A stretch of 64,000 bases of DNA from Vicugna vicugna. Lineage: Eukaryota. Below the pieces are notes generated by a model, which did not search any database, had not been told where the DNA came from, and worked only from the letters and a program-made list of their open reading frames with translations. Positions 1 through 11,600 of the stretch are shown here, piece by piece. Made by a program: the position numbers and the translations under genes. Within the stretch, counting starts at the first letter, position 1; each line of letters begins with the position of its first letter. The DNA is taken from assembly GCA_013265495.1 (NCBI GenBank), contig MU058919.1, positions 1,798,001-1,862,000 of the forward strand. The letters run 5' to 3'.

Positions 1-119
1 CAGACGAGCTTCAGGGAGGAGACACCCTCTGCCCCGGCCGAGGAGGCCCAGATTCACTTCCATCGACTTCCAACCTTTTCTGCTTGGAAGCCTCCCAAAC
101 TCACGCAGCCTCAGCTCCG

Positions 120-470
120 CAGTCCGCCAAATATTATGACAGATGTTTTCCTGTATTAGGTGAAAACACCTGTAACTGGACTTGTGCTTTTCTAAACGCT
201 CCAGCAGGTTTTTTTTAAGCTCACTGCAGTCTTTTAGGAAAGCGCTGATTTTCAGAAAATCTCATGTTGACTAAATAAAGCGAGATCGGACCAATTTCTG
301 AAAGATTAATGAGTCTCATGGACTTCACTTTTTAATCCTGTAGAGTCTCACTACAGAAAGTTGCATGAAGGAACAACCCACCTTCTGAAAGTTGAGAAAG
401 AGACAATCCCAATTCTCTCGCAGACAAAATAAACCCAGATTGAGCTGATCCTGTAGAATAATCTCAACTG
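120..470 (-). promoter_or_regulatory. Candidate photoreceptor/bipolar-type promoter or enhancer (possible RIBEYE promoter)
   Basis: K50-homeodomain sites TAATCT (303-308, minus), TTAATCC (332-338), TAATCT (459-464) and TAAGCT (216-221). E-boxes CAGATG (140-145) and CACCTG (167-172). It sits in the intron that holds the RIBEYE first exon in mammals. Confidence 0.4.
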
Positions 471-1839
471 AAACCCCACGTTCTAAGCGACACCCACCAA
501 AGCCAGTCCGGGAATTCCCTGTGCAACGTCAGGCAACTGTAGAGACCTGACAACTCTTGAGATGACCTAGATGGTTTCAGAAGAGCAGGGAAGGAAGCTG
601 AGGAGGGGGCGACCACCTACCCTTTCCTTCCCCAGGCAGATCACCCACAAGCATTTTATGTTCTGGGAAACTGCTTGAAAAGAATGGGAAATAGAACTAC
701 CGCTCTGGGGTCTAGTCCTCACTTAAAAACAAACGAACAAACAAAAAACGCAACCAGGTATCTGGTGGAATCAGGTCATCTAAAGGCTGGACTCCCATGA
801 AGGTCGCTGGGCCTGCCTGCCTGTCCCCCGACAGCTGTGTTGTTTCCTGGCCTGGCCCAGGGGATGCTTGTTCCTTCTCAGGAGGAGGCAGCCAGCAGCG
901 CTGGAGCATGACTTGGCCGGCCTTCCCCGTGCTGGGCTCTCAGCTCCCGGGTCTCCAGTCCTTGGGGCCATGAGCCCAAAGCAGCTCTGAAAGCAAAGGT
1001 GGAAAGAAGGAAACCCCCGAGATGCTCCCCTGCGCCTGCTGTTCACCAGGCGAGGCCAGTGCGGCGCCCTCGCCCCCGCCCCCCGCAGGCAGCACCTCCT
1101 GGGGACGCTGCCGAGGTTAGTGGGTTACACACTGTTCCCCAGCAGAGGTGGCCAAAAATAGGCCTTTGACATCCCACTTCCAACTTTTAAATGTGTACAG
1201 GCTGTGTTGGGTTTTTGTCTCTGTCAATGTTTAAAAATAGCTTTCTGCCTTTAAAAAGTTTTCTTTCCTTCTGTCCTCCACCCCCACCCCCAGCATCTCC
1301 TACCAGAGTAACTGACTTGGTCAATCTGCATCAGAGAAGGAGAAACAAACCCCGAGTGCACCGGCGAAACAGCAAAAGGGCCTGGCGGGACTGGAAGAGC
1401 CTTCGCCTGAGTGAGATGAGAGCAGACCACTACCGACCAGAACTTCCAGCCGTCCCAGGGGCCACGCAGCGCCAGAGGCCCCTGGATGCTCGCTCCAGGC
1501 TCAGGAGCAGGAGGCTGTAAGTCATCAGCATAATCCTCCAGAGAAAACCCAAGGCCGGAGGTGGAGCCCTGCAACCAAACCAATCCTTCCAAGATGAGCC
1601 GCGCTCTCAACAGTCCCAGCCCTCTCCCCAGTAACTCAAGATTCAGCCATTTTAGATGAAAATGATGGCTCCTGACTCGATTTCTCGACTAGATTATAAA
1701 ACGTAATGAGAGTCATGTTAGGAAAATAAGGTTTGATTCCCACTTGTTATGGGATACAAAAAAGAAAAGTATCTTTTACGGTATGATTCTGAGCATGCCG
1801 GTGGAGCAGAAAGTGTGAGCTGGGACTCTGGCATGGAGG

Positions 1840-2190
1840 CAGTGCCAGGGCAAACCACAGGCTAGAGTCTGCCTGGAAAGGCGGTGCGGGATAGTCGACA
1901 GCACTTGGTATGAGGTCCCTTCAGGCAGGTGCTCCAGGAACACCGCTTCCTTCTCCTCCATAAAGTCCTCCAATGACAGCTCCTCCTGCAAGATCTCAGC
2001 GTCTCAGGTGACCCCCAATGCATCTCGACGTTGCCACCCCTCACCCCAACACACTCGTCATTTCTATTGGGTTCAGAATTTCCAGAATGTCTTCCTCTCA
2101 CCTTGGTTGATGCCCCAGTCATTTCCAGCCACCAGGGTCCAGCTCAAATAACCCCCCTCTAGGTAGCTTCCTGAAGTCCCCCCCGTCACT
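1840..2190 (+). mobile_element. Degraded LINE-2 fragments
   Basis: L2-like motifs: ...CAGCTCAAATAACCCCCCTCTAGGTAGCTTCCTGA... (2138-2175) and CTGCCTGGAA...CTCCTCCATAAAGTCCTCCAATGAC (about 1870-1977). Confidence 0.45.
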
Positions 2191-5100
2191 CTGTCCTACT
2201 TCAAAGAAATCTGCCAGCTAGCAAGGCGAGACCACCATCCAGATAACCCAGGGGACCAGATATCCCAGGGGTGCATCAACCTACAGAGGCATCCATGGTT
2301 TTCTCTCTCACATAGTGATGGAGCCCTGTTCCCACGACTCGCCTGCCTCCGTCCATCACGGGCTCATTTGTTGGACACATGGCTTGTATGAAGTGTAAAC
2401 AGTGGCCTGCTGAGTATGACTCTGTACAAGGAACAGGACTTGAAGGCAACAGCCAGTCTTTACCCTCAAGGAGTGCATGCTGTGATGGCGGAAAGGACAG
2501 AGGTGTACGCAGTCACCACGAAGCCCTGACCCATGGCCACCCCGCCTCTGAACCCAGGCCCAGGCTGAAGCCAGCCTTCTCCTCACTTGCAAGGGCCCGG
2601 GTGCAGAGGGCATTAAGCTAAGACAACAGAGAAGACAACAGCCCTGAAGGCAGGACATGGCCTGGCAGGGCCCACAATGTCCTGGCCTGCGGTGCGGTTT
2701 CTCCCTTGGGTCCTGAGTGGACAGTCAAGAGGATGAGCTACAGAGACCTTCTGTGGACACGAAAGGTCTGACCAGCCACCCTGTTTGTTTCCCCCATTCC
2801 AGGGGGGTACTGGGAGAGGAGGGCCCTCTAAGCACAAACATCTCTCCAACCAGGATTTGGGAAACAAGCCCTGTGGCGGTCCCAGCCCCTCTGATGAACA
2901 AGTGACATGCACGAAAGATAGGAAGTGTGGAAAGCGTGGCGAGCAGGTGCGCCCCAAGGCCCAGAACGCTCAGCCTAGCTGCCGGTGCTGAGCCAGCTTC
3001 TTGCCTGGACCTGGAAGGGGAGCTGGCATCTCGGGCCACCTGAGCTTTAGGGCAAGGGAGTCAATGTTCAAGAATTCCATCAAATAATGGTTTGATGAAC
3101 TGAGTATCAATCAGTCGGGACAAGTGCCTCCTTTCCCACGTGTTATCTGTAAGGTTCTAAAGAGGCTGGCAGGAAGCCGGCAGCAAAGTATATCTTGGGG
3201 TTCTGGTATCAGTCACCCCCAAATACCTGTAATTAAGTTGAGCTGTGTGGGACACCTTCTGAACTTGTGCAGGGTGCTGTCAGCAGGCCTACAGCTCTTC
3301 AGAGCCAGATGGCTCTGCTGTCTTTAGACCTACTCCAGCGAAGAAGGCTTGCCCTAGATGCTGGAACCCCCGTCCCTGTGAGGTGTTTATAAGGCCTGGA
3401 GCAGACACTCCTTCCTCAAAGGTGCAAGTGACGAAGAAAAAATGCACCCAGAGGAGAGCAGGCTTGGAAGACGAGGCTGGTGGGTCACACTCAGGAGGTG
3501 TGACCCCAGAGGCCACAAAGATGGGCCGCCCACCTGGGGGAAGAGCACGACCCGCCGCGGCAGCCACAAAGCAAACCCCAGACACTGACAAGCACCCACA
3601 CCGGCCGCAGACTAGAGTCAACACACCCCCACCTCCAAGGTGGACACAGAGCAGCCTTAACAGGCTGCTTTTAAAAATGAGGGGAGTCTAAATAAATCTG
3701 CCAACTATGGTGAGAGCCCACGGGCAAAGCAACAAGTGCAAAGAAGCTGAAGTCTGCATTTTACCAACGAGAAACAGCAGAGAAACAATACAACACTGAA
3801 CCCAGTTCTCATCTGCAGAAACTGAGGGCCCACTGGGTGCGGGCAATTCTACACATCCGATTCCTAGATGACAGCGGGCATCCCAGGGGAGCGGTCGTTA
3901 CTCCAAATTTACCTTAAAACTAGGACCTGATAAGTCAAAATGTGGATTTTTATCCCTCACAAATGACATCAATGAAGCTTCAACTTGACCATTCTCCCTC
4001 CCTCTCCTGATTCTTTACACAAGCACAATGTTGTTTCATTATATTCATTTATACTACAGAGTTTTAAGTCATGTCTGGTTGACTATTGTATATTTACATA
4101 GCTAATGTAATTATCACTAATCACATAATCACTGGAAATGTACATAATTGCCTGATCCAAACATAATTATAATGTATAGCAACATTATGAATCCCATTTT
4201 TAAGATCTACATTTTGGGGCTATTTAAAGATATTTATTAGAAGTGATTATGGACTAGCCCCAGGCGGTCAGCTTCAACGCAGTTTCTTGATAAGATGCTC
4301 CAAGTGCTTTAAAAAAACAAAACAAGTAGTGATTCTATAATGCATTTTTAAAAGACAGATAAAACCAAAGGCATATAAATAAAAGACAAAGTGATTCTAG
4401 CCTAAGTCTGGAGACTGCTCTTCCCAGGAGAAAACACAGGTCAATCCTTGCCCTCTGTGGGCTCTCATGGGTGTGAGCCAGGCCATGAAGGCCACTGAGA
4501 AAAAGTGCCCCAGTCCTCCCTGCTGGCCCGGACGCCGCTCCACTTCCGCCACCTCAACGACCAAGAAGCTCTTAAATATCACCTTTTCTTCTTGAAAATT
4601 CTGGGACCATGGATGAGCTTTCCTGCGGTCTTGGGGGGTGGGGAGGGAATAGTGCACTGAGACGTACGTTCACAACAGCAAGCTCATCCTATTAAGAGCA
4701 GAGTGACACTGGAGAAAAAGTCCTCCTCCACCTCATCGCTGCAGCATTTTCTGTGATTTTCTCCTCCTCCTCGGGAACAAAGTTGATGTAGACAAGGATT
4801 CCCAGGGTTTATAACCATCTATGTATTTAGCAGACACCGGCTGGTCTCCATTTCCCCCACATCCATCCACCAACCAGCCCATCTTCCTCACCGCCTTTAT
4901 CCCCCATGCTCATGAGAACATCCCAGAGCTAAGAAAGGTTGAATTCGATGGTTTATTGAAAAGGAGGTTCGTATCACTTCTTTTTTCCCTGCAGAGGAAA
5001 GGAGTCCTCTCCTGAGTTATGTTACGAAGGGGCCTTATCACAGCTCAGCTGACAGAATCCTCAGGACCATTTTTCCACATGTATAAGACATTTGAACAAA

Positions 5101-7339
5101 ATGAAGTAAAATGAAATATCTACTTTTTTCCAAATTACATTTCCAATAGCCACAGGAAAGGATGGTGTTTAGTGATTTATTCTACCATAAGCCACAATAA
5201 GATGTTCTAACAAAAAGTCATCAGCAAGGCCATTGTGGTATATTACAGTTCTATAAACCCAGGGCTCCAGAAAATGCTTTTCGGGGTTACTTTTGCAAAG
5301 CTGAGTGATAGCAAGCCCCCTTCTCTGGCCAACAAATACTTGGGGCAAATCAAACCAGCTCTGCCATGATGCAGTTACGTATGAAATCTCTGACTAGTGC
5401 AATTCACAAATGTAATATGTCAATTATGCCAGCAAACTCAACAGTGCAAACCGAGACCTACATCACACATCCCAAAGAAGAGGCCGCAATCTGGTCTGAC
5501 CAGTCTGTTAGTGGACCTTGCTCTGTAAAATGTTTGCACAACAGCCCTAGGATTAGTTGATATTAGGCATCAAGAAAGAGCAGAGAACAAATTACAAATA
5601 TCAAGAGAGGAACTGCTTAAAAAAAATTTGGCTTTTAAGTCAGCTTGAAAGACCATCATTCTAATGGATTTGGGATAGAGTCCCAAAGACTTTGGGTGGT
5701 GAGAAGCAAAGCTGTATTCTGTACTTTGCTTAATTTCGAGCAGAAACATCCCCATGGAGTGGGTGGGGCATACCAAGGTACAGATTCTGGGCTCAGAGAC
5801 TGATCAGGACGCCTCGGGTTCAGGAGTAAGAGACCCCAGGGCTGGTGTGGAAGGTTTCATGGAGGAAGGGACTGGGCTGTGGGAGGCAGACGGGGATTCT
5901 GGAAGCAATAACTGACAGGGATGATGCCCATATCCCAGAAAACTGGCTTGACTAGAGGAAAGAATATGAAGGAATATGTGTTCCCAGAGACCAAGAGCAA
6001 GAAGACAAAGTTCCTACAAGCCCAGAGCAGAGAGGGGCAGCTTCATGCTTTTAATCATACAATTCAAACAAACAACCAAACCAAACCAGATCAAAAAACA
6101 ATGAGAGACACAGGAAGTCCTTGGGGTGGGGTGTGGGTGGTAGGAAGGAGAGACCCGTTTGTGGGGCTCGCTGGACTTCCAAGTAGAACATCCAAGAACA
6201 GTTAGTTCAGGTTTACAGAACAGAGACTGGTGAGCATCCAAAGGGAGACGTATGGGACTTTCAGGAAGAAGAAAACAGAATCCACGGAGCTGATTGGAGG
6301 GAGAGGCCAAATAGAGAACAGCAGGCCGCCTGGGCACACACCCCGCACTGCTCTGTAACTCGCTGGCGGCACCTGGGAAACAGGCACCCCGTCCTGACCT
6401 TTAAAGGTGCTAACCCAGCTTATGAATGCAGGAAGCGCCAACGAAGCACCTTGGAGCAGCGGTCACACTTAACGGGACACCAAATGAACGTTCGGGATCA
6501 CAGATTACCCGCCACCCTGAGTGACCTCATGTCACACATCTATCTCGATAGCAGCTGTTGGGAAATTAAAAACAAACAAACAAACAAAACAAAACTGTCT
6601 CAGGAACACTGTTCACGGATAAAGGTGATGCTGGAATTTCAGTCATAAAAAAAGAGGTGGGGGACTGCTGAGCCGTGCCTCAGAGAAAGGGCCTGAAAGA
6701 ACCATCGATGGTTCTGGCATCACCGATCACGTGGAGAAGGAGGGCCACTGGCCCTTCAATCCCATTCTTGACCCCAGTGGGGCATCTCTAGATGAGCAGT
6801 GGGGTTGAGGGGGTGGAATCAGCCCCACAGACATTCCTGACACTGACTTTGGGAGCGACTCACTGGCGCTTTCTGGAATGGGGATTCAGTGCTGAAGGTG
6901 AAGCATCTTTCCACGGGAGGGAAAAACTAAATCTTTAAAATCCCCCAAACACTCAGGTGAACCCAGACTGTGGGACACGGGTAGACCAGCTGGCTTGGCT
7001 CCGTAGTGTCAATACTTCTGAAAGTCAAAAGGGAAATTATTTTAGACTAAGGAGACCAAAGAGCCACGACAACTAAACGCCACATTATGTCCCTTTATCA
7101 GTTTCTGCACAAGCAAACAAAGCGGCTAAACACAGAAGCGTGGGGGAGAGGTGAATACGCCATCTATGTTAGTGTTGTAATGGGGTCCAGGCCCCTGGGG
7201 GTGACCAAGGTGGTGTGTTTCTGTAGGAAAGGATCCTTTAACACATGCCATACATACTTAAGAGTAAACTGCTGCATCTACAGCTTTCTTTCAGGTGGTT
7301 CTGAAAAAAAATCCATCCTCCATCCATTCACACACACAT

Positions 7340-7455
7340 TACTTACGTATCTATAAAAAGAAAGCAAATGATAGCAAATGTTATCAACTGGTAAATACAG
7401 CTGAACAAAATATCAGTGTCCATTGTACCATTCTATCAATGTTAAAAAAAAAAAA
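7340..7455 (+). mobile_element. Old L1 (L1MC/L1ME-type) 3' end fragment
   Basis: AAAGCAAATGATAGCAAATGTTATCAACTGGTAAAT...GTCCATTGTACCATTCTATCAA followed by an A-tract resembles the L1M 3' UTR terminus. Confidence 0.55.
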
Positions 7456-8452
7456 CACCTTAAATCCCAAACCCCTTACACTGCAGCAGAACCCCAGGGA
7501 TGTGGGGGGACAGTCAGTGCTCTTAAATTCTTTTAGCATGGAGCTGTTGCAGGGCACCCCGACACACAGGAGAACACGCCTCTGATGCCTTCACCCCACG
7601 AAGCTTGAGCCGCGGCTAAAGGACCAACAAGTCCACATGGACAGCTTGTGGATACAGATTTCCGTGCCCGAGTGAGCTGGCTGTGTGCCAGCACATTCGG
7701 GGGACTGGAGGGGGCTGCTGGCCTCCCCCGGCCCAGGGGCTCCCCTCCACGGCCTCTGTGGTGAACCCTGCGATGAAGTCACCGGACACCATGCTGCGCC
7801 GAGCCCAGCCAGGCAGCACAGACTCAGGCTGGGCAAGGAGCACTTCACGCGAAGGCCAGGTCCACACTCAGGATGTCCTGCCTCTCCCTAATTAGGAGAG
7901 GATGGTGCTTAATCAACATTTCAGAGTTTTGTCCCCATGTTTCCATTAGATTTTAATTATGTTTATTTTTCCTTTCATGAATAAAACACTTCCAGATATT
8001 TTCAAAGATACCAGGGATGTGAACACATCACCAGGGACTCTGCTGGGCTCTTCAGGAATACCTTGGAATTCATGATTGTAAACCTTTTAATTTGAAACAG
8101 ATAAAAGTCCAGGAACTTCAGGAAGTAAAAAAAGATGGTCCTAATAGGCAGTGTCTTTCATATGCAAAGTGATCTCAGGATGGAAAATGGGCCTCAGGGC
8201 CTGCCCCCTCCCCAACTTCCCTCCTAGCCCCACCCCTACCCTGGAAGCCACCTCAGCCTACCCGAAGGCCAGGCCTGCTGACCGCACCAAGGCAGAGGGT
8301 GAGAGGTGCCGGGGGAGGGGGGCCTCTGGCTGGAGGGTGGGCTGTGGTACAGAGCCTGGCTGGGGGCTGGTCCCCACAGGTCGGCAGGTGGAGGCCTCGA
8401 GGTCGGGGCTCCGCGTCTTTGGTTAAAAACCGCCAATCACGCTGGCTCTTAC

Positions 8453-8510
8453 CTTCACAAATTCTGTCCAACCGCTGTCGCTTGACTTTGTGCTTATCCA
8501 CAAGGGCCAT
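8453..8510 (-). CDS. CTBP2: C-terminal binding protein 2, first coding exon (58 nt, phase-1 end), encoding MALVDKHKVKRQRLDRICE-G with the KVKRQR nuclear localisation signal
   Basis: The minus-strand translation from ATG at 8510-8508 matches the known CtBP2 N-terminus (MALVDKHKVKRQRLDRICEG IRPQ...). The match stops exactly at a canonical donor, GAAG|GTAAGA (GT at 8452-8451). Kozak context is strong (AGAATGG). Confidence 0.97.
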
Positions 8511-8612
8511 TCTTTATCGAGCTTTGCGCCTCTCTGATTCAGAAGGCAAAGCGGTCCTCTAAGAACTCAGGGGCACTCGCGGGAGTCTGCGGGCATTACG
8601 CCACTACGCACC
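8511..8612 (-). other. CTBP2: 5' UTR portion of the same CTBP2 exon (whole exon 8453-8612, 160 nt)
   Basis: Canonical acceptor TTCTTTTCTCCTTGTTTCAG|G (AG at 8614-8613, pyrimidine tract about 8615-8632) lies 102 nt upstream of the ATG. Confidence 0.88.
8567..8596 (-). other. Upstream ORF, 9 codons (MPADSRECP*), in the CTBP2 5' UTR
   Basis: ATG CCC GCA GAC TCC CGC GAG TGC CCC TGA read directly. It ends 56 nt before the main ATG. Translation is not shown by the sequence. Confidence 0.6.
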
Positions 8613-11600
8613 CTGAAACAAGGAGAAAAGAATCCTTACTCTCTGGGCACCCTGGGGGCAAGGACCACAGATCGTGCAGGCTCGGCTGCCACTTTCTAAG
8701 AGGGGACCTGCCCTTGGGTGCTTGCTTTCCTGGATGCATCCACTGCACAGTCTCCTGCCTCCGACCCACAGCAGGAAGCGAACACACGAGTGTCACTGGC
8801 TCCCGAGAGCAGTAAAGGCAGCATCTGGGTCTCTGGCTTTTGACTTCGGGGCTATAAACACCAATTACTGACCAACCTGAGGCAAAATCACTTGTACTCC
8901 AGTGTCTGAGACCAAGACAGCGGCAGGGCTGGCCCCGTACTGCTGTGAACCACAGAGGGGCAGGGTCACAGCAGGCGGGATCAGACCCGCCCGGACCGCC
9001 TGGGAGCACGTCCCACGGCCCTCTGCACTAAGATGCCGACATCCAGCCGTCCCTACCCACAGGAGGGGCTCTCCCAAGGCCTTGCCAGGTGGTTTACAAA
9101 CCTTCCAAAACTGCCCTTTGGCCACTGCTCAGCACCGCGCGAGCCCCTCACCCCACTGCACGGGAACAGGGGCAGGAAGGCAGCACCTAACCGAGGTCTG
9201 CCAGTGCCATCTTCCAGAGCCGTCCCTGTGTCCTGAGGGGATTAATTACAGCTGGCATCGGGGAGGGCGGTGTCCAGGCTGCTGGGCTTGACCCTAGGCG
9301 GTGGCAATGGTGCCAGTCCCACACCTGTGGTGTTTCAGGCGAGAGTGAGGCAGGTGAGGAAGGGGCTCCCACATGCTATCCCACCTGAGGAATGTTTGCG
9401 GAGACAGTCAGGGCTGCGTGGTCTGGAAGGCTCTGCCCTTCACTTCCTGCTCATCTAGTGGACCAGTTGAGGCCACAGGTCACTGTAACCCCCAAAGCCC
9501 TAAGGCTTTGACTCATCTCTGCAGTCTTATCCTAACAACTCTCTCTTTTTCTCTCTCTCCCCGTATCTGTTGCTGTCTCTGTCTCTCTCACACACACATG
9601 CACAGGTGTCCTCAGCCAGCAAAGGGGGGGGGGAGGAGACAGGAGACAAAGTGAGGCTCCAGGGTTAATAATGAGAATTATTATGTGTGGTCATCAATTA
9701 TGCAAAATGCTGGGAGTTACTCTATCAAAGGTCAGAAGGCAGGTCTGACTATGAAAAGGTAGGCGACTTTCTGAAAGTTAATGGCTAATTTCTCAGCAAT
9801 GAGGCTGCAAAAGTACCTAAAAGATTTATAGCAATAATTATGTGGTTTTTGTTAAAGAGCTAGGGGAAAAAAGGCACAATTTCTAATCACATAAATAATG
9901 AATGCAACATCCAAGAGATATCAAACCCTTTCCAAACCTGGGGTGTTCCCCACACCTGGAATGACCCTACTGGACCTGGAAGGAGATGAAGACTGTCCTA
10001 ACGTGACCTGGGGAGGTACTGGGAAGATCTGGGTGGACAGAGACGGAGGAGACATTTCCAAAAGTCTGGTTCACTTTTGCTGGGCTGTATGAAAGGTAAC
10101 CATGCAAAGAGGGTATGACGGTTCCTAACAGGCCAACTTGAGACAGACAGACACACAGACAGAGGAGCAGGACTACTGGACCCAGGGGTTTGTGCCCGAG
10201 AGAGACCCTCAGAGGCTGCTTGGTCTGAGCGCCCATCACCAGACTCCAGTGCGGCCCCTCCTCGGCTCTGGTGTGGAGACAGAGCAGAGACGGAGATGGC
10301 CGCCGTATCCAGGGTGAGAGAATTAATTAGTTAATATTTGTGAAGTGCCTCGGAGATGAGAAATGACAGCATTATCATCCGAGGCAAGGCGGGCTTCACA
10401 CCCTCCTCCTTCAATTCCCCGAGTGAGGCATAATCATTCTTTTTGCTTTCCTTTGAATTTTAATTTGTATAATTAGATGGCTTCCTGAAAAATTGATAAG
10501 TAGAATCTCGATTATGCAATCAAAGGAAAGATCAGGCATCAGCTTACACAAACTGCGTCCTATTATTTTCAAAAAAAAGGCAGCGGGGGGGGAACTGATT
10601 CTGTGTCTGGTTGGGTTTTTGGGTGGGGGGAGTTAAGGGGATACTCTCTGTGGCTGGCTCTTCCATGGGAACCCCTCCAGCAGTGGCAGCCACCCATGTT
10701 CAGACTGGCCACGATGACAGAGAATTCAGACTCGGGAGGCCACTGGGCGGCGTGTGGTCTGGACTTTATGGCTGTGACCACTGATTCCTGTAGCCTCGGT
10801 CTCCTTCCCCCAGTATTTCTTTTGAAGCAAGAACGTATGAAATGTGACATTTTCCTTCTCCATCCTCTGAAGGAGAAAGCTATTTACGAAGACTCAACAC
10901 AACCCTCTTCCTGATGAGAGGGACAGGCCCTCCTCAGGGCTGCGCTGTGAGCAGCGGTCTCCACGCCGACAGTGCCAGCACCCCGCCATCCACACGGGCC
11001 CTGGGCTCCCTCAGCAGAGCCCACAATGCCAATCTCTGCCTTTACACCAGTCTCCACTCATGAATCATCGACTTTCTTGCTACTGAATTTATTGCTATCA
11101 GTAATTGACACTATCTGGTCAATGTTTAACTACAAATAAAGAAAGGTCCTCATAGGGAAGAAAACCAAGGGGGGTGGGGTGAGGGTGGGGTAATGAAGAA
11201 TTACATTGTCCCACTTTTATTGAAATTGTGAACCTTCAAACCATGGTGCTGCTGTAGGTTCTAGAACCTACTTGCAGAGTGACCATGGATCAGCAGCTCT
11301 GTGTTTGTACAATGGGGATGATGTCATTTATGTTCCAAAGTGGTGGGAGGATCAGATGAGAACCTGCAGGAAAACACTTGGTGCCCAGCAGCAGGCCTCT
11401 AAGAACCGCTCTTGCCCTCCTCTGGTGAGAGGCCTTCTTAGATGCTTCTTAGATGCGCACCTGAGCCGTCTGTGAGCACTCCCTCCCTACTGCTTAGCCT
11501 GGGGGGTAAACCTCAGCGAAACTCAAGAAAGGTCAAAAGGAAATTCAGGTCTTTTCACAAGTAGAAAGGGCATTCTGCTGCCAATCCTTCCAAAACAACA

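Larger units (their letters stand above)
1..8452 (-). other. CTBP2: CTBP2 intron downstream of the first coding exon (runs toward the RIBEYE-specific exon and shared exons, which are not in this window)
   Basis: Begins at the GTAAGA donor. Neither IRPQIMNGPLHP (next shared exon) nor RIBEYE A-domain peptide appears in the ORF track. Confidence 0.85.

Noticed and set aside
1776-1991. ORF with a protein-like acidic start (QEELSLEDFMEEKEAVFLEHLPEG)
   Set aside because: The DNA matches the purine-rich antisense strand of L2, which commonly gives Glu-rich pseudo-peptides.
8253-8510. 85-aa ORF beginning with the CtBP2 N-terminus
   Set aside because: Only the first 19-20 residues are CtBP2. The rest is read-through past the GTAAGA donor into intron.
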